The notes: generated from the sequence alone by a model not told the origin. A DNA stretch of 64,000 nt from Candidatus Poseidoniaceae archaeon (GCA_938075675.1 CALJHE010000022.1:8135-72134); one strand, 5' to 3'. Shown: positions 26,119 through 34,696, counted from the first letter of the stretch. Numbers and translations are program-made.

Positions 26119-27510
26119 ATGATTCGACCCACTGTTCTGCTTGTATTCATCATGCTTTCAGCATCTTTAGCAGGATGTATTGAAGAGCCTATCATCGATG
26201 AACCCGTTCCCGAAGATGACCCGGCAATTGACGATACGGATGAAGTCATCAACGGTTCAAGCGGTGGTTCAGGGGCTGGTTCAGGGGCTGGTACAGGAAC
26301 GGGCAACAGTAATTCGGATGACGGCAGCAGTGGTGAACCAGTGAACGGAACCGATAACGGCAACGATAACACCGATGATGGCTCGGAGACCGATAGCGGC
26401 AACTCTGGAAATGGGGGGAATGCGACCGACCCTGAAGACAACGGCGGCACGGACCCAGGAGACAGCAGTGGCTCAGGCTCTGGCGACAACGGCGGCACGG
26501 ACCCAGGAGACAACGGCGGCACGGACCCAGGAGATGGGAGCGGCACTGGAACCACAGAATGTGGAACGGGCGATGGCACGTACAGTTCGACGATGATTGC
26601 CTTTGACATCAGTGCAAACCCAGATTTCACGAACATCGGCGGTATTGAAATCGATTGTTCGACAAATCTTCTCTACGGCTATGCATGGGACAGCGTTACA
26701 CAGGTTGAACACTTCATCTCCATTGACCCATCCAATGGTTTAGTGACCTCGTTAGTGGAATTGACAGGGATAGAGTCTGTTAACTCTATTACTACCTATT
26801 CCGATGGGGAATATTTTGCAAGCATGCGCGGGAACAGCAACGACTACCTGGTTCACCTCACGGTTTCCGACCCAAGTCAATTCACAATGACGTTGTTTGA
26901 CTTCTCTGCCCATCCGGAATTGGATCATGTCGGGGGCATGGAGTACAATCATGAGGATGAAATCATCTATGCCTATGCTTCTGACGATACCAACAGCGGA
27001 AGTCAAGGGCAAGGACAAGGGCAACAAAATACAATCACATATCCAGACATCTATGTTGTTTCAATCAATCCAAATGATGCTGCGGTAACCAAGCATACAC
27101 AAATCGAAAATATCGAGGGAGTGGGTTCCGGGACTTCTGCATACGATGGCGCGCATTACTATCTTAATGTACGAAACAGCGGAGGGGGATATTCGATGGT
27201 CAAAATCAATACGCTTGATTATTCAATGACGACCTCCACAGTTTTGCAATCTACAAATGAAGACTTGTCCAATGCGGGTGGATTCGAGATAAACCTCGTC
27301 GATGGCCTCATCTACGGATATGCATACGATTCCCAGGCAGGAGTCGAAGTGTTTGTTTCATATGATGTAGCGACCGAAAGCGTTGTGCAAATCGGCATCA
27401 TCGATGGTGTGCAATACGTCACCTCGTATTCAACAAACGGTGGCAACGATTTCTATGCCATCATGAGTGGTTCTGACCGGGTGAATAAACTGGTTCATAT
27501 CACCTACTGA
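26119..27510 (+). CDS. lipoprotein with Gly/Asp/Thr-rich linker and three ~75-aa internal repeats
   Basis: signal peptide + lipobox LAGC; DNGGTDPG x3; repeats FD(F/I)SA.P(D/E)...GG(I/M)E...(L/I)IYGYA.D x3. Confidence 0.55.
   Translation: MIRPTVLLVFIMLSASLAGCIEEPIIDEPVPEDDPAIDDTDEVINGSSGGSGAGSGAGTGTGNSNSDDGSSGEPVNGTDNGNDNTDDGSETDSGNSGNGGNATDPEDNGGTDPGDSSGSGSGDNGGTDPGDNGGTDPGDGSGTGTTECGTGDGTYSSTMIAFDISANPDFTNIGGIEIDCSTNLLYGYAWDSVTQVEHFISIDPSNGLVTSLVELTGIESVNSITTYSDGEYFASMRGNSNDYLVHLTVSDPSQFTMTLFDFSAHPELDHVGGMEYNHEDEIIYAYASDDTNSGSQGQGQGQQNTITYPDIYVVSINPNDAAVTKHTQIENIEGVGSGTSAYDGAHYYLNVRNSGGGYSMVKINTLDYSMTTSTVLQSTNEDLSNAGGFEINLVDGLIYGYAYDSQAGVEVFVSYDVATESVVQIGIIDGVQYVTSYSTNGGNDFYAIMSGSDRVNKLVHITY
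26437..26532 (+). repeat. 24-nt coding tandem repeat (gacaacggcggcacggacccagga), 3 copies
   Basis: copies at 26437-26460, 26485-26508, 26509-26532 encoding DNGGTDPG. Confidence 0.8.
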
Positions 27511-27527
27511 TGTTCAAAGATTCAGTT

Positions 27528-27604
27528 TGGCGGACGTGCCAGGATTTGAACCCGGGATCTTCGGCTTAGGAGGCCAACGCATTATCCAGCTGTGCTACAC
27601 GCCC
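27528..27604 (-). tRNA. tRNA-Arg (anticodon CCT)
   Basis: cloverleaf folded by hand: acceptor GGGCGTG/CACGTCC, anticodon loop CTCCTAA, T-loop GGTTCAAATCC, encoded CCA. Confidence 0.85.
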
Positions 27605-27626
27605 AAACGTTCCAGTGGCATGGAAG

Positions 27627-28772
27627 TCAAGACGCTTTCGCAGCATTCATCCGTTGTCCGATGTCAGCGACTTGGAACAAGAAGCGCTCCAATTCAATCC
27701 GTCCTTGCATGCTTCGATGCAATGCCACATCACATGCAGAAAGAGCAACGAGAATCTCTGAAAGAATGTTCTCGTCAAGATGGAGACGTCCTTCGGTCAA
27801 CAACAAATGAAATTGTTCGACGATATCTTCAGGCTCGAGATTGTTTTCTGACATTACTTGGTCCATCACGCCCATAGCGCCCTTGAGGACACGTTTGTTC
27901 TTGTTGCCTTCTTTTTCCCATCGCCAATCATGAACACGGTTACGCAAGGCTTCTTCCAAGATGTGTTGCACTTCACGAAGTGACGTTGCTGCAAGCAAGT
28001 TTTGGAGATTTTTCCTGTCACCAAGAAGTTCTCGGTGCGTGAGGAGTTCCATGATGAAGATGGCTTTACGAATGTTCCCTGAAGAGACGTGAGAGATGTC
28101 ACCGATAATTCCGCGCACTGGAGTGAGGTTCTCCTCATGAACAATTTGCATTAAACGTGATTCAATAAGTGGGCGATTGATTTTGGCAAGTCGGATGTGC
28201 TGTGTTCGGCTACGCAGGGCTTCAATAATCCGCGAAGGCGTGTGAGCGGTGAAGATGAAACGTGCACTACCGCTGCTCACTTCCATCATCCGGCGCAAGT
28301 ACGATTGCCGAATAGTGCCGAGATAATCGGCATCTTCAATGATAATGAGACGGGATACTGCTGCTCGTTGTTGGCTCGAGTGTTCACATTCGATGCCGGC
28401 TGGAGGAGGCGTATTTGCTGCAGTCGAAGAAAACGTGTGATCAAATGCATCGAGACTGGTTCTTCCAGCAAGGGTGTCGTCTGAACCGCTACCTTCGGGC
28501 CTAAGGAATTCTTCGAATTTCCCCATTGCACCTGAAGTACGAGCCAAATCACGCGCCTGAAGAATGTGAGTACGTGCTTCCCAAGTCGGGCCGAGAATCT
28601 GCCGAGCCATCAACCGCCAAGTTGCAGTTTTACCTACGCCTGCTGGCCCTGAAAGAAGCAAGTGAGGGGGATTAGCCTGAAGAGAAGTACGAGTGATGGT
28701 CGTAAGAGTTACTTCTGGCAGCAACAAATCTTCGAAAAGAAGAGGTGCTTTGTCAGTAAGCCAAGATGACAT
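27627..28772 (-). CDS. rfcS: replication factor C small subunit (clamp loader AAA+) with ~85-aa low-complexity insertion
   Basis: Walker A LLLSGPAGVGKTA, Walker B IIIEDADYL, sensor-1 FIFTAHT, SRC-like ALRSRTQHIRL; insertion between Walker A and B. Confidence 0.7.
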   Translation of the reverse strand: MSSWLTDKAPLLFEDLLLPEVTLTTITRTSLQANPPHLLLSGPAGVGKTATWRLMARQILGPTWEARTHILQARDLARTSGAMGKFEEFLRPEGSGSDDTLAGRTSLDAFDHTFSSTAANTPPPAGIECEHSSQQRAAVSRLIIIEDADYLGTIRQSYLRRMMEVSSGSARFIFTAHTPSRIIEALRSRTQHIRLAKINRPLIESRLMQIVHEENLTPVRGIIGDISHVSSGNIRKAIFIMELLTHRELLGDRKNLQNLLAATSLREVQHILEEALRNRVHDWRWEKEGNKNKRVLKGAMGVMDQVMSENNLEPEDIVEQFHLLLTEGRLHLDENILSEILVALSACDVALHRSMQGRIELERFLFQVADIGQRMNAAKAS

Positions 28773-28828
28773 GGATTCACTCTTACCGTCAGCGGTCTTT
28801 CAACCCTGCGCGAGAAAGGGCTGTTGCC

Positions 28829-28978
28829 TCACTCTGCCTTGAGACGCTTTGTACCGGTTCGGCGCAACTTCATGAAGATGCGTGAGCCGCAAGACTTGCA
28901 GCTTATTCCGTTACGTTCGCGGTGGAAGGATTCGAGGTTTCCGCAGACTGCGCATTTGTAATCAACAAGTTCAACCAT
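28829..28978 (-). CDS. rpoP: DNA-directed RNA polymerase subunit P (Rpb12 homolog)
   Basis: 49 aa: YKCAVCG-x13-CKSCGSRIFMKLRR zinc-ribbon typical of RpoP; trimmed from 75-aa ORF. Confidence 0.65.
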   Translation of the reverse strand: MVELVDYKCAVCGNLESFHRERNGISCKSCGSRIFMKLRRTGTKRLKAE

Positions 28979-29062
28979 ATTGTTCGTCTCCATTCTACGC
29001 GACCGGCCACCCTTTCTTGAAGGTGTCCCTCCAAGAATGTTCAGTTTTACAGTCAAAAAGGC

Positions 29063-29488
29063 TCACTGGCCAGCTTGTAATGCCGGAACCATTCGGATGT
29101 GCTGGGCAGAATCGAAATCCGCATCTGCAAGTTCGTTTGCAGCGACCATCTTGTTGTCAACGAACACCCAACTGCCTTTGGCACTGCTTGCTTGCTTGAT
29201 GAGGTCTGATTTGGTCATCTCGACAACGCTGTGTCCAGTGGCATCTGCAATTTCTACGGTGTATGTTTTCTCGTCTTTTCCGGCTTGTAGGGCAGGGACC
29301 ATTCTGATGTGCTGGGCGTCGTCAAAGTTCGTGTTCGCCAATTCATCGGCGGCAACCATCTTGTTGTCAACAAAAACCCAACTTCCTTTGGCATTGGAAG
29401 CTTGGCTAATCAGTTCGGTCTTGGTCATCTCGACAACGCTGTGTCCAGTGGCATCTGCAATCTCTACGGTGTATGTTTTTTCACTCAT
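29063..29488 (-). CDS. tandem-duplicated small beta-grasp (MoaD/ThiS-like?) domain protein
   Basis: two ~68-aa copies KTYTVEIADATGHSVVEMTK...GSWVFVDNKMVAA.ELA..(N/D)FD.AQHIRMVPALQAG; pattern resembles ThiS/MoaD C-terminal half but ends AG not GG. Confidence 0.4.
   Translation of the reverse strand: MSEKTYTVEIADATGHSVVEMTKTELISQASNAKGSWVFVDNKMVAADELANTNFDDAQHIRMVPALQAGKDEKTYTVEIADATGHSVVEMTKSDLIKQASSAKGSWVFVDNKMVAANELADADFDSAQHIRMVPALQAGQ
29085..29480. repeat. ~195-bp direct tandem duplication (2 copies, ~80% identity, 3' ~70 bp near-identical)
   Basis: seen directly: ccattc(g/t)gatgtgctgggc...catctcgacaacgctgtgtccagtggcatctgcaat(t/c)tctacggtgtatgtttt occurs twice. Confidence 0.8.
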
Positions 29489-29593
29489 GGGTATCTCTCC
29501 TCGCCAGTGTAATATCTCAACTGCATATAAAGAATGCAAAAATGTGTAGAACCATACGGGTAATGTGAAAAAGAAACGCATGTGTGTGCGTGC

Positions 29594-30973
29594 ATGGAAC
29601 TGTGGCTTGTTGTCGTTCTTTTCGGAGCCTTGCTCATGTTTGGCACCGGGTTACTGGTTATGTCATTCTTGGTAACTGTTCAGCCGCAACAAATGCTTCT
29701 TGTTGCCACCCCTAAAGAACAAGTTCCAACGGTGTACCGTAGTGGCCGCAAATTTCTGTTGCCCTTCTATCACTCATATTCGGTGCTATCAATCAACCAA
29801 ATCGATTTCACGTTTCGTTCTCGAGCGAAAGCAAACACTGGAGAAGATGTCGATTTCCATGTGACTATTGGCGTTCATTCCCCCGAAGAGCAGGTGCTTT
29901 CGGGAGATGTACTCGTGAAACTCCTCGAACTTCAACAGGGTGAAGTGGAGGATTACGCCAGGCGCGCGCTTATGTTTGGTATTCAACAAACCATACGTTC
30001 GCCGAAGTACATTCCTGAATATCAGCACACTGACGGTCTGTTGATGGCTTCCATCAATAACTACTGCAGCCAAGAACTCAATAAAGTTGGGCTGTCCATG
30101 TATAAGATGCAAGTTCATACTCTATCCCCAACAATCGAAAAGGTATCTCAAAGCATTGTGGTGGCAACCCCCGAACGCCACATGACCGGCCGAATTACAC
30201 TCGTTCTAGCCGGCCATGGCACGCTGGCAAAGAGTGGGACTCCCGTTCACTACGAGTCAAAATTTCAAGTCCAGGGGGACTCAAAGGTCATAAAATCAGT
30301 TCATGACTGGGACACGCCCGCTTACAATCACCTCAAAACCATGGGCCATGATGCGTACCTCGAGCACATGAGAGAATTGATTCAGAAAGGTATTGACAAC
30401 GCCCTAGCATGGATTCCACCCGAAATATTGGACACTCCAGGGGCATGCGCTCGACCGTTTCTGGTGAATGCTGATAGGGAACTGAAAGAAGTGGCCGCTG
30501 TAGTCGTAAATTGCCAAGCGGTTATTACGAAAACTGGGGCTGAAGCTCAACATTCAAAGAAAAGGGAGAACATAGAGGTGAGGATCAATTTTGAAGACAT
30601 CCCGGAAAAACAGAACATTCCGCTCTCTATCCCAGCCGTATTCGTTGTGGGTTTCCGTGATGATACGCCCTCATCGGATGGCATGATTCAAGAACAGTTA
30701 GGGCACTCAAGAGCCAGTGTTAAACTCACTGTCGAAAGCGTGATACGTGAAAAATTCACTTTAGCCATCAGCATGACTACCGTCGAGGACATAAACAAGT
30801 CGAGGGATTGGTTTTACAGGCATTGCGAAAGGATGATCGGTGAAGGGCTGAAACCTCATGGGCTTTACTTGGTTAACATCACTGTCAATGATATCACGGA
30901 CAGCGTTGGAATCATCGATGCTATGCGCCAGCAGGCACTTGAGGAATATCGCCAACGTCAAGAAAGCCTGTAA
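29594..30973 (+). CDS. SPFH/band-7 (flotillin-like) membrane protein
   Basis: N-terminal TM then SPFH core (QPQQMLLVATPKEQVPTVYRSGRKFLLPF...) and long C-terminal extension. Confidence 0.6.
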   Translation: MELWLVVVLFGALLMFGTGLLVMSFLVTVQPQQMLLVATPKEQVPTVYRSGRKFLLPFYHSYSVLSINQIDFTFRSRAKANTGEDVDFHVTIGVHSPEEQVLSGDVLVKLLELQQGEVEDYARRALMFGIQQTIRSPKYIPEYQHTDGLLMASINNYCSQELNKVGLSMYKMQVHTLSPTIEKVSQSIVVATPERHMTGRITLVLAGHGTLAKSGTPVHYESKFQVQGDSKVIKSVHDWDTPAYNHLKTMGHDAYLEHMRELIQKGIDNALAWIPPEILDTPGACARPFLVNADRELKEVAAVVVNCQAVITKTGAEAQHSKKRENIEVRINFEDIPEKQNIPLSIPAVFVVGFRDDTPSSDGMIQEQLGHSRASVKLTVESVIREKFTLAISMTTVEDINKSRDWFYRHCERMIGEGLKPHGLYLVNITVNDITDSVGIIDAMRQQALEEYRQRQESL

Positions 30974-30990
30974 TGGATTGAGAGCGGTGC

Positions 30991-31950
30991 TCAAACCCGA
31001 GCCATTAATCCAAGTGAAAGCGGGATTGGTGACATGAAGCGGCGGTGTGTTGGGGTGTCGAGATTGCATCTGCGAATGTGATGCTGAAGTAAAGTAAGAG
31101 GGGCTGAGCGTGGAAGCAATCCTTGGCGGAAGTCATGGATGACTTCGAGCACTTCTTGACGCTCCATTTTGCTCAGATTGTGAGATAATTTACCGAGGAC
31201 CCGTTCCATTGCGTGGGCAATAGGGCCACTTTTGGTCAGGACATTGAGGGATTTTTGGGCCTCAGTCATGTAAGCAAGTGCAACGGTTTCTGCCCGGTCG
31301 CCGTTGTCGAACCCTTCGGCGATGAGGCGTCCAAGACGACGTTTGGCATCGGGTGAGCGGCTGAGCAAGAAGAGTTTGTTTGTGTTGTGAAACTGCATCA
31401 AAGCTTTGGCAGTCCAACCGTTCAAACCTTCTTCTCGCCACAGTGAGAAGAAATGAACACGAGCCAAGTAATGCTCAGCCTGACGAGCATCGGTAAGGCG
31501 GCCTTCCTCAATGACTGGGATGTGCGGATAGAGCGTCGTGAATACTTTGGCAAACATGCCTCTACCGTCACGTGTTGCGTGAACATGCCCTTCGCGGTAT
31601 ACTTTGACTCGTTCTAATCCACAACTTGGGGAATCTTTCTTGAAAACAAAGCCGCATATTCCGGATTCAACCAACGCATCTGCTTGCAGTTGAGCATACT
31701 CTAGCATCCGGTCTGTGAAGTCATCTCCGTTCTTGGGGTTCACGAGTCGAATGGAATTGCCGTCGTTCACCAAACGTATGGTTGGTCGTGGAACACCCAT
31801 ACCAATTCCGACCTCAGGACAGACGCCCACGAGATCGAAGTGCCCGTTCCATTTGCGCGTGAGTGCACGAAACTCAGCAGCGTCTCCGTTGTAACGTACC
31901 TTTTGCCCTAGGAGGCAAGATGAAACAGCGAGTCTGGGTTTGGTGACCAT
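30991..31950 (-). CDS. DUF523 (TudS-like Fe-S) + DUF1722 fusion protein (YbgA-like)
   Basis: N-terminal Cys pattern SSCLLG...GVCPEV...SPSCG typical of DUF523, C-terminal helical DUF1722-like region. Confidence 0.55.
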   Translation of the reverse strand: MVTKPRLAVSSCLLGQKVRYNGDAAEFRALTRKWNGHFDLVGVCPEVGIGMGVPRPTIRLVNDGNSIRLVNPKNGDDFTDRMLEYAQLQADALVESGICGFVFKKDSPSCGLERVKVYREGHVHATRDGRGMFAKVFTTLYPHIPVIEEGRLTDARQAEHYLARVHFFSLWREEGLNGWTAKALMQFHNTNKLFLLSRSPDAKRRLGRLIAEGFDNGDRAETVALAYMTEAQKSLNVLTKSGPIAHAMERVLGKLSHNLSKMERQEVLEVIHDFRQGLLPRSAPLTLLQHHIRRCNLDTPTHRRFMSPIPLSLGLMARV

Positions 31951-32011
31951 GTTCGTTTGTTTTCAAGTGAGTATATCAAACACTGTTTGACAACACGGAT
32001 GAGAAAGGTAG

Positions 32012-32085
32012 GCGCCCACTCCGAGAATTGAACTCGGGTCGCAGGAATGACAATCCTGCATGATAACCTCTACACCAAGCGGGCC
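32012..32085 (-). tRNA. tRNA-Asp (anticodon GTC)
   Basis: hand-folded: acceptor GCCCGCT/AGTGGGC, anticodon stem-loop CAGGA-TTGTCAT-TCCTG, T-loop GTTCAATTC; 3' CC then T. Confidence 0.8.
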
Positions 32086-32149
32086 TAAGCAAGTCATCCG
32101 TTACGCAACCGCTATTTAAGCCGCGCCATGTGGCCAGTATGGGGCGTAA

Positions 32150-33601
32150 TTGATGGCGGGAAAAAAAACATCTGCTGAACAATCAAAAGAAGAACAAAAA
32201 GATGCGCATGTCGGAAATCTCCTTAATGCAGCGTTTGGTGATCTCGGTGGATTACAAAAAAATGAGGAGGAATCGACTCCTACGCCGGAAAAGGTGGCTG
32301 AAGAAGCACAGGCCACTCCTCAACCCTCGAAGCCAAGTGGGCCGCCGCCCGGACCATCGGCAAAACCCCCCTCCAGTCCTCCGTCTGGTCCTCCGTCTGG
32401 TCCCCCATCTGGCCCTCCGTCTGGTCCCCCCTCAGGGCCGCCATCCAAAACTCCGGATGCCGACGAAGAAGAGGTGCAACATGTTGAGGATACATCTGCC
32501 ATCTCAAAACCCCCATCTGGTCCACCTTCCGGTCCACCGTCTGGTCCACCTTCCGGTCCACCGTCTGGCCCACCTTCCAGTCCTCCATCTACATCCAACG
32601 ATGAAACAAATGAAGTGATTCCAGATTCGGAAAAAGCAGATGAACAAACGTTAGAACCGGCTCCTCCAATCGTGGAGCCTTCAGAACCTGTCGAAGAAGT
32701 TCCAGAAGAAAGTACAGAGAGTGTTGATGAAGATGTTTCAGAACCCGAAGCAACGCCGGACATAGAGGCCCATCAACCTGTTCAAAGCGCACCTGAACCT
32801 GTTGCTGAATCGGTTGTGGAAGAACCCCCACAAGATGCCGTTGAACCTCAAAATGATGACCTGCAAGCACAGGCTGAACTGGAAATTGCTCGGCTTAATG
32901 CCGAAGTCGAACGGTTACGAATGTCAATGGCTGGAGCGGTTGATGTCATTGAAGAACTGGAAACTCCACCTATGCCTCCTGCTGTCATAGAAGATATCAT
33001 CATCGGCGCTCACATGGTAAGCGACTTTGCACGTCTTGCTCGTCAGTTGGACAGAGAACAACTCATTCGAGCGACAATGGGCACTATTGCAATGTTGCAT
33101 CCTGATAACCTTGGCATTATGGTCTCAACACGAAACAGAGTACTTCTGCCACGGCTCGACGAACGTGGATTGTGTGCGGGATTCCTTGGAAAAGAGGCCC
33201 CTCGAGGTGCACCTGCTGACTGGAGGACATTGGAAGTGATTCTAGCTCTGGCAAGCAGTGCGGTAACTGGCGGCCCTGCTGCAGTCATCCACTCACATGG
33301 CCCTTACACGACCGCTGCAAGCTGTGAAAAAGACCTCGTTTTGGTTCAACCAATTGACAAGATTGGAAAAGAACAGATTGGAAATGTCATTATCGTCGAT
33401 CCGGACGAAGACGACCCTGCTCATTTCTTGAAACAAATTACTGAAGCGCTGTATCAAGGCGGTATGCGCTGTGTAGTCGTGCGTGGAATGGGTGCTTATG
33501 CGGTCGGAGCGAATCTTGACCAAGCTTGGGCAAACGCTGCCATGCTTGAGCATAGCATGAGAATCGTATTACTTGCAAGGCAAGCAAACCTGAAAACCTG
33601 A
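32150..33601 (+). CDS. class II aldolase/adducin-family domain fused to ~290-aa disordered N-terminal region with (PSGP)n repeats
   Basis: C-terminal AAVIHSHGPYTTAAS ... VVVRGMGAYAVGANLDQAWANAAMLEHS match class-II aldolase His motif and HG region; N-terminus acidic low-complexity. Confidence 0.55.
   Translation: MMAGKKTSAEQSKEEQKDAHVGNLLNAAFGDLGGLQKNEEESTPTPEKVAEEAQATPQPSKPSGPPPGPSAKPPSSPPSGPPSGPPSGPPSGPPSGPPSKTPDADEEEVQHVEDTSAISKPPSGPPSGPPSGPPSGPPSGPPSSPPSTSNDETNEVIPDSEKADEQTLEPAPPIVEPSEPVEEVPEESTESVDEDVSEPEATPDIEAHQPVQSAPEPVAESVVEEPPQDAVEPQNDDLQAQAELEIARLNAEVERLRMSMAGAVDVIEELETPPMPPAVIEDIIIGAHMVSDFARLARQLDREQLIRATMGTIAMLHPDNLGIMVSTRNRVLLPRLDERGLCAGFLGKEAPRGAPADWRTLEVILALASSAVTGGPAAVIHSHGPYTTAASCEKDLVLVQPIDKIGKEQIGNVIIVDPDEDDPAHFLKQITEALYQGGMRCVVVRGMGAYAVGANLDQAWANAAMLEHSMRIVLLARQANLKT
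32383..32580 (+). repeat. coding microsatellite-like (ccgtctggtccN)n repeat blocks encoding (PSGP)5-6, two blocks
   Basis: blocks at ~32383-32450 and ~32513-32580 seen directly. Confidence 0.7.
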
Positions 33602-33602
33602 G

Positions 33603-33622
33603 TTCAAATCTCGATTTGAACG
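33603..33622. terminator. perfect 8-bp inverted repeat (TTCAAATC-tc-GATTTGAA) between convergent genes
   Basis: hairpin spans both stop codons of convergent genes 32150-33601(+) and 33604-33972(-). Confidence 0.3.
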
Positions 33623-33972
33623 TAATCTCCCTCGACTCGTGTTTCGTAGATTTTCAAATTCTTTTGTTTGGATAGTTTACCAAGCATTTTACCGTACGGT
33701 GGGAAAAGTGGAAACGGTGACCATTCGGTTACCTCCCCATCATCGATTTGATATGTCGTTTGGTGCAGTGGGCAACGGATACATCCGTCTTCGATTTTAG
33801 CACCCCAGGCAAGAGGCCACCGCATGTGCCGGCACAGCCCCTCTGTTGCAAAGTAATCGTCACCAATTTGGCCAACCATGACTGTTTTGACACCGAATGT
33901 TACCATCTTCGTTTTACCAGGCTTCAGTCGCTTCGTCTTTACCGCATTCTTCCATTCCATTATCTCACCCAC
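33604..33972 (-). CDS. Rieske [2Fe-2S] domain protein
   Basis: CRHMRWPL and CIRCPLHQ (CxH...CxxH) Rieske ligands. Confidence 0.7.
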   Translation of the reverse strand: MGEIMEWKNAVKTKRLKPGKTKMVTFGVKTVMVGQIGDDYFATEGLCRHMRWPLAWGAKIEDGCIRCPLHQTTYQIDDGEVTEWSPFPLFPPYGKMLGKLSKQKNLKIYETRVEGDYVQIEI

Positions 33973-34696
33973 TGATTTGGCTCATTCCGCCATCGAGATG
34001 GAAGACTTGGCCTGTGATGTTGTCCGGTGCATCGCACAGCAACCACTGCATTGTTGCGGCTACTTCTTGTTTCTGATTGATTCTCTTCAGAGGGATTTTA
34101 CTTACGGCTGCTTCTCTCATCGCATCTGAACGAAGTAACGTTGCTGCTAACCTCGTTTCGGTAAGACCGGGTGCAACGACATTCAAGCGAATTCCTCGCT
34201 GGCTGTAGGTCGCTGCAGCAGATCGCACCATTGCCTCAATCCCACCCTTTGCAGCTGCAATGGCTTCATGGTTCATCAGTCCAAGCGTTGCTGCAACACT
34301 GGACGTGAAGACGAGTCTTCCTCCACCGCTTCGTAACATGGTTTTACAAGCAACTGATAGCGTCAAAAAGGCACTCGAGAGATTGGTGTGAATGACTTCC
34401 TCGAAAGCGTCGAGAGCGAGCGCATGTGGTGGGCGAATCACAAGCGAGCCAACCAGATGAGCAACGCCAGTAATCGTGCCATCGCCTGCTTCTTTGGCCT
34501 TATCGACTGCCGATTGAACTGCATCCTTATCCAACGCATCACCGTGGATCAAATGGGCTCCTTGTTCGACGAGCGATTGAACTCGATTCGTGTCTCGTGC
34601 TAAAAGGGTAAGATTGTGTCCCAGTTCCAAAAGATTCTGCCCGAGTTCGAGAGCGATATCGCTGCTAGCACCTATGATGAGAAATGACTGGCTCAT
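33965..34696 (-). CDS. short-chain dehydrogenase/reductase (SDR) family oxidoreductase
   Basis: N-terminal IIGASSDIALELG (TGxxxGIG-like), catalytic S...Y(A)AAK region (IAAAKGG), NVVAPG. Confidence 0.7.
   Translation of the reverse strand: MSQSFLIIGASSDIALELGQNLLELGHNLTLLARDTNRVQSLVEQGAHLIHGDALDKDAVQSAVDKAKEAGDGTITGVAHLVGSLVIRPPHALALDAFEEVIHTNLSSAFLTLSVACKTMLRSGGGRLVFTSSVAATLGLMNHEAIAAAKGGIEAMVRSAAATYSQRGIRLNVVAPGLTETRLAATLLRSDAMREAAVSKIPLKRINQKQEVAATMQWLLCDAPDNITGQVFHLDGGMSQISG

Noticed and set aside
25962-26636. Upstream 225 codons of the 386-aa minus-strand ORF 25476-26636 (Pro/Ser/Val-rich low-complexity translation)
   Set aside because: It is antisense to the Gly/Asp-rich repeat region of the plus-strand lipoprotein gene 26119-27510. 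The repeats create an open shadow frame. The real gene was trimmed to Met at 25961, which precedes the conserved W-rich motif.
27528-32085. tRNA-Arg and tRNA-Asp flanking a 4.4-kb segment as boundaries of an integrated element
   Set aside because: The intervening genes (RFC small subunit, rpoP, flotillin, DUF523 protein) are core-type with normal GC. There is no integrase and no direct repeat of the tRNA 3' ends.
32158-32168. A8 run as possible terminator or slippery site
   Set aside because: It lies inside the coding start of 32150-33601 (encodes AGKKT), so it is not a terminator. Polymerase slippage is possible but not supported.
32202-32870. ORFs 32202-32618(+), 32280-32588(-), 32320-32763(-) and 32589-32870(-) inside the (PSGP)n region
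   Set aside because: They are alternative-frame and antisense shadow ORFs generated by the GC-rich 12-nt repeat. Only the frame continuing into the class-II aldolase domain is coherent.
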